A DNA stretch of 50,149 nt, filler included, from Sphacelaria rigidula (taxonomy: Eukaryota): the NCBI GenBank assembly GCA_964200075.2. It is 2 parts of 2 records of this genome, joined end to end, with 100 filler letters (N's around TTAATTAATTAA, not from the genome) between each part and the next. Parts side by side here need not be neighbours in the genome. Positions count along the whole stretch, not along the records: positions 25,129 to 50,149 come from CAXNAA020000184.1; 1 more part is not named here. One strand, given 5' to 3'. How positions within the stretch are numbered: the stretch's first letter is position 1; each line of letters begins with the position of its first letter. Below are positions 25,129 to 37,000 of this stretch, in pieces. The notes beneath the pieces were generated by a model. It was not told the DNA's origin and did no database searches. It saw only the letters and a list, made by a program, of their open reading frames with translations. The position numbers and the translations under genes were made by a program.

Positions 25129-25942
25129 AAGGGAGAGGAACAGCGGGGGGGTGTCGGGGGTGTTCATGAGGAGGAGGGGGGAGGTGGTACGAGGATAAAG
25201 GACAATGCTTGATATATATGTTGTATTTCCCTTAATGATCAATTTTTGCGCTATCATGGTTGTAGGTATTGGACGTGGAAATCATATATGATTCGTGTAC
25301 ACGTTTCGTGACTACACAGTGAAGGTGCCTTCCCGAACCTTGTCATTGAATTGTGCGTTTCTGATACACGGCCGCACGACTCTCCTGATGTTCCGACGCC
25401 AGTTGGCGTCTTGTGTGACGCTCAATAGTGTTAGCTACGTTTGACTTTTCGATGTCGTCTGCGCCCTGTCCACCGATCCATTTTTTTTCGAGTTTCTGGG
25501 CGACGCTTCTTGTGTTGAACTGATCGAGTATATCCACGAAGCACCTGAAGATTCGATTTCTTCACACCCTGGATAATTTGTGGTTGGTCGTTGCAATCGG
25601 AAAAATTGTACTGCGCAAAGTGCGGGCCTGTTGCAACAATTATCGTCCGACTACAAAGTTGCAATGGAAAAAAGTTGTACTGCGTGCAGTCCAAACCTTT
25701 CACAACTATTGTCGTCCGTCCGACAAAAGTTGGACATCAGTTGCAGTAGGCCTATACTTGACGCACAGTACATTTTTTCTGTTGCAACTGTCAAACCATA
25801 CTTTGTCCCGGGTGTGAATTTGTTTTGAGGCACAGGCCAGTCTTGATGTGTTGCAAATTATAATGAATCTTCCTGGATTTTTGACTTGGTGACTGTCGGA
25901 TCCTCGTCGTTATGCACGTTATTTGTTCTCGGGTTTCGGCAG

Positions 25943-26074
25943 GTGGCTCTCTCGGTGATGATGACCACCATAACTACCCTGGGAGCTATCGTGATGACGC
26001 CGCTGCTGTGCAAGCTGCTGCTCGGAACGGTCGTGCCCGTGGATGCCGTGGGAATCGCCATTTCCACCATCCAG
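25943..26074 (+). CDS. BASS2: BASS/SLC10 bile acid:sodium symporter family protein (BASS2-like), internal exon [44 protein letters not shown]
   Basis: ggcAG acceptor, CAG|GTgact donor, 132 nt. Translation closely resembles the plant BASS2 segment [35 protein letters not shown] as I recall it. The symbol denotes the closest recognised family member, not proven orthology. Confidence 0.93.
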
Positions 26075-26112
26075 GTGACTTGATCCTTATTTTGGGGGCA
26101 AACATGTTGCAG

Positions 26113-26720
26113 GTCGCCCCGGTGGCTCACTCAGTTGGTGACCTCGGGACCTTCTACGTTGGGTCGTGGGTTCAAATCTCGGAGCGATCTGGGATTTTTT
26201 CTCACACCAGGCTCAACAGTTTTGATGTAGTGATTGATTGTCGCACTTTTGCTGACCCCCTCAGGAGTCCAGTAAAAAAAAACGAAACTGATAGACGCTC
26301 GGAAGAAGATGAGCAACAGGGGGAAATAAAAAAAGTCGAACAGAATGACATTGCAGACTAAGTCGTAACAGAAAAAAACTAATTCAAAAGTCAAGATGAG
26401 CAAAGCACAGGAGAAATGGCCAACCCAAAAACCTGAAACAATGAAAAAGGGAAAGAACAGTGGGGAGTGACTATGTCGTGGGTACATGAAATTCGACTTG
26501 ATGGCCGACGATCGAAAGGGACTGCTGAACCCCTCTCGCGATAAACAATGAAAGGCAAGCACCGCAAAAGGAAGGTGGAGTACTAAGAACAAGAGAAGGA
26601 GAAACTCCCGTGTTGACCCTCCTCCTGTATGACCCCGGCTGGTGCGCCCACGTACACCGAAAAGTGTAGCCCGGCGTCCAGAATAGATGGAACGACGAAG
26701 CACACACACACATACAAACA
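26113..26720 (+). mobile_element. tRNA-derived SINE-like element (Pol III head, (CA)n tail), interrupted by a (CAAT)n-tailed fragment
   Basis: A-box-like TGGCTCA..CAGTTGG (26123-26138), B-box GGTTCAAATC (26169-26178). The 3' end ...GTGTAG...GCGTCCAGAAT..ATGG.ACGAC..A.CACACAC is also present at 40085-40200. Confidence 0.55.
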
Positions 26721-27289
26721 CATCGACTCAAAACCCTTGAGTCGTGTGCGGATTTACGGTGATTATGATGCCCGGACCACTTGAATGTTGTGGTCACTTG
26801 CGTGGTCAAGCGCGACTGCAAATGGGGGCAAAGCATCGAAGCAGGGGTATATTCCACACTCAGCAATAGAATGCGTTGCCGAAGAGTGCATTGCGTGCAG
26901 CGTGGAATCTTCGGGCAATAGATGATAGATTCCATACTCCTCGCAATGAACTCTTTTTTGAAGGCGATTCTGTTGCCCAGGGTGTGGAGTGTTCTATTTT
27001 ACCGTCGAGTCCGCGACTTTTGCATCCACTCCACAGTACTCGTACAAACGACTACGGAATATGATGAAATGCGAGCTGTCGGTGAGTGTTCCTTCTCGAA
27101 ATAGCTATCATATTCAACTCCCCGCCTTCTTTTGTCAAGAGTAATTTTGAACTGTCTGGAGCCAAGCTTCCCCCGATGAACACAGTCGGGTCCCGTGCAG
27201 TAAGTGGCTAGGTTCATTTAAAGAAAGAGTTGCGTGCATGAGTGTCGGGAAGGATCCTCAGTGGTATCAACGATATCGGCCCATTCAAC

Positions 27290-28600
27290 TGGTCGTTACA
27301 GGACGAGGACGGCAGTGTGTACAGCCTAAGCGCTTGTAATGAAATGTTCCTCGCGTATCGACAAGCTAGCCGGCACAGGGGGGTATCGCTGTGTTGCTCA
27401 CTGTTGTGGCCACCTGAGGAAGTTCCAATTGCTACTAAACTGGTTCTGCGGTTACCGATAAATCGAAACTCGCCCTGGACACTCGACGCGCAGACGCGGT
27501 TGAAACGGGCCATGTGCTGCCAACTCACCTCAAGTCGACCCGTACCTCCAAAAATTGAATTCGCACTTTTCACGGCGGGATCACTAGTATCGGTCACTGC
27601 AGGGCCCATCCGACGACAACTTTGGTTCCCGCATTGATTTTATACTCTCTGGGACATCGAACCATTGGGGACATCAAATTTCGAAGCCGCCGAAAGAAGC
27701 GAAGCGAACTCACAGTCTGTACTGTGTGGATTGTTGTACTGAACTGTGTGTAAAGCAGAGGCTCCTCCATTGACACGAATTAAGAGCTTGCCACAGCGGG
27801 AGCGGGTAGCTAGCTCAATCCTCTCAACCCTATACTTCCATTGACATGTCCACCTGGAGATGAGGCACCCGGCCGCGTCCGGAAGTGAAGACCAGGGTTA
27901 CGCCGAAGCATGAACGCTGCGACATCTGGCGTTGGTGCCCCAGTGTTGATGCTTTACTTCAACGTCACCCTAACTCTCCATTCATGACGCGTCCGTGTGC
28001 CTCACCGCCAGCGCGACATGTCAACAGAAGCAGAGGGCTTGGGAGGGGGGGGGGGGTTAAAGAAGCTGCCCGTAACTCGGCTTTGCATGCTTCACATTAG
28101 TGTGACTGGAAGATGCTCTGCTTCACACGCAGTACAGTACGACCGTACAGTCAATACAAACACTTGATTCGCTTTGCTTCGCTTCATTTGGCAAATCGAA
28201 ATTTGAGGTCTACGATGGTTCGATTCATCGCGAGTACAAGGCCAATGCGGGTCTGAAGGTATCGTCGTGTGGGCCCTGCAGTCACTTGACACAGAGATAC
28301 CGCTCCGTACCGGTTAGCTGGTAAATGTACGCGTGTCGTGGTGAGCGCAAATTCAATTTGGGAGTTGCGGGTCGACTTGAGGTAATATGGCAACCTGGAA
28401 CCCGTGTCAACCGTGTCAGCAAGTCGACATTTCAGATCAAGGTCTATATTTCGGCAAGTACAGAAGCAATCCGCGACCCGGAGGTATGTCTCGGGTGGCT
28501 GTTGCAGTCGCCGACGCAGCGATATGGCTTTTTGTTCAGGCTACTCTGTTCGAAACACTTGAGCCTTCACGCAATGTCGCTTTGTCCTGTAACGACGTCT
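27290..28600. repeat. Large degenerate inverted repeat (foldback) centred near 27940, inside a BASS intron
   Basis: Symmetric reverse-complement anchors: 27292-27303/28585-28596, 27527-27542/28368-28383, 27597-27608/28270-28281, 27841-27850/28015-28024. Confidence 0.75.
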
Positions 28601-28869
28601 TGTAGGAGACCAAAGGCGGCGAGATTATGGGAATATGGCCCCTTCTGTGCTTGTTTGAACAGTCCATGGTGAAGAATAAAAATCCTGGAAGAATACGAAG
28701 CACTACTGAAGTATTGAAGGATAAGATGTGCAGTTTGTACGAGGGGACCTACAGCTTTGGGCGTAAATCTATGGTTAATATTTTTGAACAACCTAACAAT
28801 ACCCCCAAGACGCACGAGACCCTTGGTGAAGGAAGGTGCGTCGGTATCCCTAGGCAAAGGGTGGGTTGG

Positions 28870-28996
28870 TAGACCTGAAATCGACGCTGCAGGTGCCGAT
28901 TTCGACAAGAACACGCTCTGGACGAGCTGGGTCCACTGCTCACCTGCCCCAAACCATGAATTTTCTCAAAACTTTCTCGAATCTAAAATCAAGTAG
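28870..28996. repeat. Dispersed repeat; inverted copy at about 39135-39270
   Basis: CTGGACGAGCTGGGTCCACTGCTCACCTGCCCCA.ACCATGAA...CTAAAATCAAGTA is reverse-complemented at 39145-39225. Confidence 0.8.
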
Positions 28997-30971
28997 CATG
29001 CTGTCAACCATAGATATATCATTAAGGCATTAGGTACTGATTTATACACTCGTCGGACTCCGAAATTTTCGTTGCGAACGTCGGAGCTTCTCTTGAACAG
29101 TGCTACCCGGTCGGTCTAATGCGCCGTCGGGAGTTCTGGAACCGTGAGGAAGTTGCTCAACGCGCAGTAGCTTGCCTGATACCGATCATGCTCTTACCGA
29201 AAATTTCTGTACTAAAAATAGTATGTAAACGTCGTGACAGACAGGGTGGATAAGAGTCTACGCAGCAGCTTCATGCCCAGCAGCAGAGGAGCAGGAAAGC
29301 TTTTCCTTGGAAGCACTGCTTCGTAGACTTCCACCACTTTCATCGTTATTTGTGCTTCTTCTTCAACCCCCGGGCCCTCCCTGAGAGAATGATTTCAAAG
29401 TATTGTGGGACAAATCCGTTCATCTCCCCGCGGGCACTTGTCCTGCACGTTGTCGTCGAGCAATGGATGAGCGCTCGTTTGGCATGTATGTATACTGTAG
29501 ACCTTTAATTCTTGTCATCGCTGGTTCATTGTTTTTTTGTGTTCTAAATTCTTCACTTTGTTTCTTCAATCCTTTAACGACGTGAAAATCACTCCTGATG
29601 GAAATAGCTGAAACGGCGAAGAATGTTCTTGAAGACCTGTTGTGGTTTCTCAAGATTCGTAAAACCACTCTTGAAATATTCATGCTACGCGACAGGCGTT
29701 GGGAGCATTTTTTATTTCCTTTGAGGGGTGGAACTGTATGTGCTCGAAGATACACGAGACAACACCTGACAAAAACGTGTGTCGGCGTAGGGAGCTCGAT
29801 AGGTGTCCGGCCACGATCACCCGTTGAGTCAACACTGTCTTTGCCAGAGAAATCTACTTCCAGGAGATATCAATGCCATGGAAGCTGTAGCGCATTGGCT
29901 CTGCGTCGAGTGCTGGGTCAGGTCGGCGCGCGAGCTTCTGTTTTTTCACAGGGCCAAACGGATGGGCACATCATGGATTGGTTTTTGTATTGGGATGCGC
30001 GGACAGGTTGAACTCAACACTGGTCCTGGTACCACGCTGTCCCTGCACAACCTAACGCCGCGCACACGGAGTCCTGGCGCATTCGTACAAGCCTCAACCG
30101 TGTCCGATCTGTTTTCGACTTTTTTTTGTTGAAATCTTCATTGTTTTTCAAGTGAAGAATATTTTTTTCAGCCGGTGCTTGAACCATGCGGCTGAACGGC
30201 GGAAATAAATGAGTCGGTCCGAAAAATGGCCGTATTTCACCTCGTTTTCCTCAACAATTCCGGGTACATGACCATCGCAATCTCTACCGCCACTACGTAG
30301 CGGCACCAACCGATATCTCGGCGCTCCGTTTGCGAGGTAGGGGTGTGGTGGGGGGGCGAGTCCATCGCTAGAATGGTGTAGTGAGCAGGTAGAGTCCCAA
30401 ATTTGGATGCTTGTGAGATTTTTTCGAGAATCCTCAACAGCATTCTCAGAAAAATTCCCATAATAGGCCAAATCAGGGTATATTTAAACCCATTCTAGGT
30501 GACGGAATAGAATCCCTTTCTTGTTGTTCTAAAGCTTCGTCTTCGTTTCATCTTTCTAACGAGCCCGACTATATTATCCTCAGTAACACGGTTGTACCCA
30601 GACAACGTATTGCCCGTATGTACCCCAACTTGTAAGACAGAGCAAGTAGGTCTTCCGAGCTCTGGTCATTTTCTGGCTCCACCTGTTGGGCGTGTCTACA
30701 CTAAATCTGTCTATTCATCTGGTCATATTCCAATATCAAGTTCGCAATGCCACGTGAAACACTGTTGTCCAAAACTTGTGCTCTTTTCTACGCGTACCCC
30801 TTACCTTGTTCACCTTTGACTTGTTCAATGCTCGTTCTACTCCCCCACACCTGTTCTCTCCCTCTTTGAGAAACAAAAAAAAACAATTTTTTTACGACAA
30901 CATCCGTTCTCCCAAATGGTGGAGTGCTCATCCGTATCGTATCTCAACTAATCGTTGGCCGGCGTTTTCAG

Positions 30972-31106
30972 GTTGTGCTCGCACCTATCTTTGTGGGAAT
31001 GATGACGAACAAGTTCTTCCCCTCTGCGGTCAAGGCTGTGCTGCCTGTCACCCCTGTGGTGGGGGTGCTGTCGACGTGCTTCCTCGTAGCCTCTGCGGTG
31101 GCACAG
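30972..31106 (+). CDS. BASS2: BASS2-like symporter exon VVLAPIFVGMMTNKFFPSAVKAVLPVTPVVGVLSTCFLVASAVAQ
   Basis: ttttcAG acceptor, CAG|GTatgc donor, 135 nt, phase 0/0, colinear with BASS transmembrane segments. Confidence 0.93.
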
Positions 31107-32567
31107 GTATGCCAAGAGTGGAGTGGGGGGACAAGAAAAGCATCGTTTGTCTCATCAACGTCCTCGTATTCTTTTTTCTTTCATTCCGTTTCACACCTCG
31201 ATGGTGTGGTGGCGAAACATACAGAGATGGGTGGTTGTATTTGTTTGTTGTGCTGAAAGTGTTGCCTCACTTGGATCGAATTTTTTCGGGCCAATCGCTG
31301 CTTACAGTATTTTCGTGACCTCATGCCACTTCGAAATGCGTTTGTGTGTGCGTTTTTTTCAAAAATAATCCTCCCGAGAGATGTGTAAATGATTTTTCGA
31401 GGCTGCTCTTTTTGTTGTTCCATGCTGACATGAAACGCGTGTATCGAAGTTGCAAGCTGGGAAAGGGGTTGGCGGTAGAGGCTTTGTATCCTCAGTTCCA
31501 TGACCTAGCTCATTTGGTCACTGCAGCAGTATCGATGTCTGAATCACGTCGCGGGGTAACTCCTACTGCAATGGTGAACGGCCAGTGCCTGCCGCAAAAA
31601 GAAGAAAAAATATTGGGATGGTACTTGCAGAAAACACTGGCGAACATGGAACGACGCCGTGATAATCTATTATAGCGATCATCCGGAGTGTACCAACTGC
31701 GCGCCCTCGCGGGTGTGAATGCTAGAGAGAAAGCACCTCAAGCAACACGTCATAAGTGGAGGTTAACAGTAGAGGATGGCGGTGTTGCTGTAGGGAAGAG
31801 TAGACGGTCGGGGCCGAAGTAAGGAATCCTGCAGTGTCTCGTTCATCCCGGCACAAATCACCCAGCGGTTGTGCACCGTGTCTGAACGAAGAATGTGGTT
31901 CCATGATCTTGTCCCAGGTGACAGTTCCTACTCTGTTGGTGTAGTGCGTTGCTGTTCCAGTCTCCGTTTGACCCCATCCGCTTGTTGATACGTCTCCTGC
32001 CGCGGAAATGATGTATCCGTGTCGTGTGGTTCGCACTCGAAGCTTGTCGGGCATGGCGCGTGTGTGCTCCTGCTGAAGCCCAGTTTTTTGTGGTGCCCCG
32101 GAGGATGGTGGGCCCAACTCCTTCAGCGACCGTGTTTTTTTGTTGTATCACGAAGTGTTGCACTGGTAGCAACCATGCCCCCCTTTATGCGACGCGTTCA
32201 TCTGGTTGAGAAACAAACTATTCGACGATTAGATCGCTCGTCGGGTTGGCGGTGAAGGGCACCTGCAACTGAAGTAGGAGACGTGAGATAGTCGTGGTCG
32301 GGGTGGTTGATGCCGCCGATACAAGCTCATGGACCATTTCACAATCCCAGGTTTTACACCTGGTACGGGTCTGGTGCGGTTGTGTGTTTCTGAGTGCCGC
32401 GACGACCTTACATGTCCCATTCCTCCCATCCCTATCGTTCACGACGACCACGGTGTCCTACTGTTGACTATATTTAGTATCCGCGCGTCGACGTCAGGTC
32501 GTTTAGCGAATCACTCGCTTAACCCTTGTGCTGTACTTCTGTCAAACTGCTGTTATATTTGCGACAG

Positions 32568-32654
32568 GTGGCGCCTACCATCATCTCGGCCGGAGTTAGT
32601 TTGCAAATTCCGATCATCCTGCTCCACCTCATCGGGGGTCTGATTGGTTACGGG
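32568..32654 (+). CDS. BASS2: BASS2-like symporter exon VAPTIISAGVSLQIPIILLHLIGGLIGYG
   Basis: gacAG acceptor, GGG|GTGAGT donor, 87 nt, phase 0/0; family P-x-x-L-L-H...GY motif. Confidence 0.92.
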
Positions 32655-33765
32655 GTGAGTGCCATGTTCATTTGGGAAGTTGGGTCTGTCCTGCCCCCAT
32701 CCTACCCGTTCCCTCAACATTTGCTTGTCCACGCCACTTCGTTTTCTGCGCTTTTGGATGGGCGTCGTGTTGTGAAATACGGTAGGGGAGCAGCGTAGTA
32801 GACCCTTGACAGTTCGGCTCTTTACGCGAGAATACAACTTTGACCCCTTGACGAGGACCGTGCATCGCCGTTTGCTGCACGGGCGGTGCAATCGTGCACC
32901 CGTTAGTGTTGGTAATAGCGCATTTGATCACGCTGCAGTGGTTTCTGTGTCCCGTGAACGCAGCGTGTGTCTTGTTGCCAGCAGCGGAGACACGACAAAT
33001 GCCTATAGTCGCTGCGAGCTTGCGCCGAATCCCTCCCCCCCCCCCTCCCGTGAGTGCTCACGAGTCATACCTGTGACGTTGCCCCCGCATATTCAGAGCT
33101 GACTGTGTCAATCCTGGTACTTTCAAGCACTCGAGCCATCAATTCGCAAGGGTGAAAGCTATCTGAAGTCGTCTGTAGCAAGCAGATGAAGGTGTGCTTC
33201 GTTTCGCGAGGTTTGGGCATCGAGCTTACACTCTGTATCTTGGCGTTGTGACAAGTGAGCCCGTGGGGGTGCAGCGATGAGGTCCCGCCCATGACCAGCC
33301 CTACTGCTCCGTGCCAGATTGCACAGTATCATGGTGACGTTCAGAAATTGTAACATTGCACAACACGTGCCGATATCTGTCGAACGAATGTAGGGTGATT
33401 GAGGTGTAACACGCGGGGGGCATGAGGATGTCTGGCACTAGCGCTTGACATCTTCGACGTGGTGAAAGCACTTCTCTCTCTATCTTCTTCTCCAAATGTT
33501 GTTTTCATGTATGATGGCGGTAGGTACGCAGCCTTTCGACGTCCCTATGGCATGCATGCTCGTTGATGAAAAAAGGCTGTACGCGCGTCGAACTTGCCCC
33601 CTCTACCAACGAGCATTGGTAATACTGATCATCGTCTCGGATGAATGCCACCAACTGCTTCCCACTGACGTGCGGAATGTCCCCTACTCCTCCTTCATCC
33701 TCCGCCCACCCCACACGTTGCGTCCTCTGTGATCTCCCTACCGGTTGCTGTCGGAATGCTGGTAG

Positions 33766-34017
33766 CTCCCACGGTGGATGGGCTTCTCCGAAGTGTCGGC
33801 GCGCACGATGGCCATTGAGACGTCCATGAAGTCATCTGCCTTCGGATTCCTGCTGGCTAAGCTTCACTTTGGATCCTACGAGGCGCGCGTACCGTCGGCC
33901 ATCTCGGTGGTGTGGATGGCGATCACGGGGTCCATGATGGCTATCATCTGGCGGTACATCCCGGTCAAGGCGACTAAGTTCGACAGAAGCGTCAAGGAGA
34001 AGTTCGAGAAGGTGTGA
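33766..34017 (+). CDS. BASS2: BASS2-like symporter, probable last exon LPRWMGFSEVSARTMAIETSMKSSAFGFLLAKLHF...VPSAISVVWMAITGSMMAIIWRYIPV...EKV*
   Basis: ggtAG acceptor in frame; RTxxIExxMxSSAxGFLLA and VPSAxSVVxMAxxGS motifs of BASS2; TGA at 34015-34017. AAG|GTgtga at 34012 could alternatively be a donor. Confidence 0.92.
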   Translation, partial: LPRWMGFSEVSARTMAIETSMKSSAFGFLLAKLHFGSYEARVPSAISVVWMAITGSMMAIIWRYIPVKATKFDRSVKEKFEKV

Positions 34018-37000
34018 CAACGAGGCGTTATGCCTTGAACCATGGTGCTGTTGAGGAGAGGAAGGGGCCGATCCTTTCGGTTTTGAAATTAACGCCTGTA
34101 GATATTTACTAAAGCGTCCATGATTCCACGCCCATCCACGCCTGCAATGACTCTCACCTGGCAGTATCGGGTAGTGAACATCTGGGGCTTGTTGCTCCCT
34201 TCCTCCTTTTCCCCCTCCTCCACACGGCTTTCGCCCCGCAAGCACTGGGAAGACGTTCGGTGAGCGCACGAACTCTTCGGGAAGAATTGGTCTTTTCGGT
34301 GCCCAGGGTCCCAATCTGTGTAAGGTCTATTGTACGAGTCTCTTCAAGCGGTTGGGCAGAGCGAAAATAGGGTAGGCTGCCCTGGATGGGCACAGGTGTA
34401 CATTGTCGTCTCAGCACTCATCGCCCTCGAAGCACCCGAGCTCGTGATTCATCGACTGCTTCGTTTATTGTTGCATAAGATCCGCCGTGATTGCAGCCGT
34501 AGTCCATGTTACGATACACAAAGACACCAGCTGAAGACAGCTCCAAAAATGGTGGAGAATACAGGACGGATAACCACTAATGGTTCAGAAGCCTTTCGTT
34601 TCACACGCGGTTACAGGCTTGTTCGCGGTTTTGACCCAAAATTCACTTATGAGCAAATGGCTTTCGCAACACCTCAACAATCACATACATGATATCATAC
34701 CACCGCCATGGACAGCTTGAGAAGATGACATGGGGCGGATTCTGGTATTCGACCATTGCGGTCTGCGGTGGTTCAAGGGGCCCAAGGATACTTCGACATG
34801 CAGCGCGCTTCAAATAAGTCCGAATATGTGTCGGAATTTCCAACGAAATATCTATCGAATGTGCACATACTTCAAATCACAGTAACCATCAGCTCGGGAG
34901 TCTAACGGGGAAAATGAAACCTACGGGATCGAACAATACCCCAAACCGTGATATCTCGGTGATGTAGGGTTTTGTACTGTGTCGGCGTCAGAATACCCAG
35001 AGAACTTCCTGACGATTCCCCCGGTATGTCCTAGGATAGCACCGACCGCCTTCAACCCCGACAGCTCGGTAGGTATTAGTGTTTTGAGTGACGAAATACA
35101 TTGACGAATAATACTTCAAAGTTTCTCTGCTCGTTACCAGCTTTCGGCGTTGCCGGCGTGCAAGACTCCCGGGAGCCGGTACATGATGCTTCGTAATGAA
35201 ATGAAAATAAAAATGTGCGCATCCCGGGGTAGCCCAAGAATTATTCGTGCAGCGTTTCGTTGAGTAACTTGGAAACTGACGCAGTGGGGTCGTCTTCACC
35301 GCCGAACGTACCCAAAAAGTTGTTTCGATGCCAAAATTTCTGTCGAAAGCTTGTGCCATTCAAGTTGACTTCATCACACACGGGCACAGATGCTCACGCC
35401 TTTGTAGATGGACTCCGAAATTTTGCACAAGTCTACTATGAGATATTACAAAAATTTCGAAAACGTTTTTTTCTTATTACAATGATTATCGGGGGGGGGT
35501 CCCAGAAGGGCGTGTCAAGGATACATACTACTGCCCAGGACCCTAGATTCCCCGATAGTTGGCGAAATAAGAATCGATAACACCGTTTCAGGAAAGTTTC
35601 GTCATGCCTAGTACTAGTATATGTGCGCAAAATTTTAGAGTCTTACCCCAAGAATTGGCGTGAGCATTTGCGGATAATGAATTTCAGGACGTGAGCGTGA
35701 GAGCCACCCTGTAGTTATCCATGACGGCCAATTACCGAGTAGGTCACTCGACAGTGTTTTCTACATACCGATGAGTGAAAAGTATATTGAACTTCTTCTG
35801 CTGTACGTACCGCAACGAAGCTCTGGCCGGCAAAATTGGGCGGTTCTCTCCGATACCCGCCCTCTCTTCATCCCCGAAAATCAAGTGTGCAGGATGGGAA
35901 AAGGCACAGGGAGGCTTGCGGTATGTTCAACGCACTTCTTGTCGTGACGTATCCAAGCGTGTGCGCTTCGTCGAGTAACATATCTAAGTGTGTATGGGCG
36001 GGTTCGTCCGTAGTAGACGGTCGCAGTACAGGGCATCCATCCCGGAGCGCATGCTGTGCTCGCCATCGAATCAAGACAAGACTTGGTAATAGCCCACGTT
36101 GCAACTGCGAGTCTCTCACCATTGCAGGCGTTGCGGAGATCGTTGTGGCTTGAGTCGATATGACGACACGAGGCGCCAAGTGTGACAGCGGCCTTGAATA
36201 GGCCGAACAGAAATGACTATCCTTGCTAGGATTTTACTTATTATCCTAGAATGCTTTTACTCGATAGTGGGCCCACATTATTTTCAAGAAAAACGAAGTC
36301 TTCTAAAATCGTGCTAGCATAATGAGTGAAAGCCTAATCCTAGTACGTCGATGATATGTGCACGGCACTGTGTCATTATCCATCCCCACCCAGCCCATCC
36401 GCCTTTTCATTGACACGCTCCGATCGCCCTTCGCGTGCTTATTCTTATGTCGTTTCCTGGGCAGGTCAATGTCTTGAACATTTTACAAAAGAAGTTCGGC
36501 AAAAAGGACAAGAAGAATTAACAAGTCTACAAAACTGCTGGAGGGGCAGAGCCCGGTACAACCGCGGGCGGGTTGGATTTTGACGGGCGTTGAGTTCATG
36601 TGCAGAAAAATCAAGCAAGGGGTCAGTTTGGTGATTCATATGGCGTGACAACCTGCAAGTTGTTCGCTCTTGTTTTTTCATTTTTTTTTTCTCGTTTATG
36701 ATCGCAATGCGCTCATAATACCCGTTTCTCCTTTTTGTTGTTGAACTGAGGAGCCTCTTTGTCGTTCCAGTTATTTTAACTCGAAGTGAAACACCTTAAT
36801 TCCTGCAGGCCTTTGTACCGCGTCTCGCGGGGGTAGCACCACCATTAGTGTAGCACCAGCGGGAAAAAAACCTTTTACGGCAGGTGTTTCATCCTGGCGG
36901 TTTTTGTTTCTATTTTAGTGCTCGAAGTCGCAGTTACAAGAGGAATCGCGCCTTTTGACGAGTGTGACACGTGAGCGTGCTGTGAGTTGTCCCTATTGGG

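Noticed and set aside
26113..26190. Possible tRNA gene
   Set aside because: A and B boxes are present but I could not fold a proper cloverleaf or anticodon arm; better explained as a SINE head.
32218..32262. Minus-strand acceptor followed by VPFTANPTSDLIVE*, a candidate last exon of the beta-helix gene
   Set aside because: Too short, no family motif, and no intermediate exons to support it.
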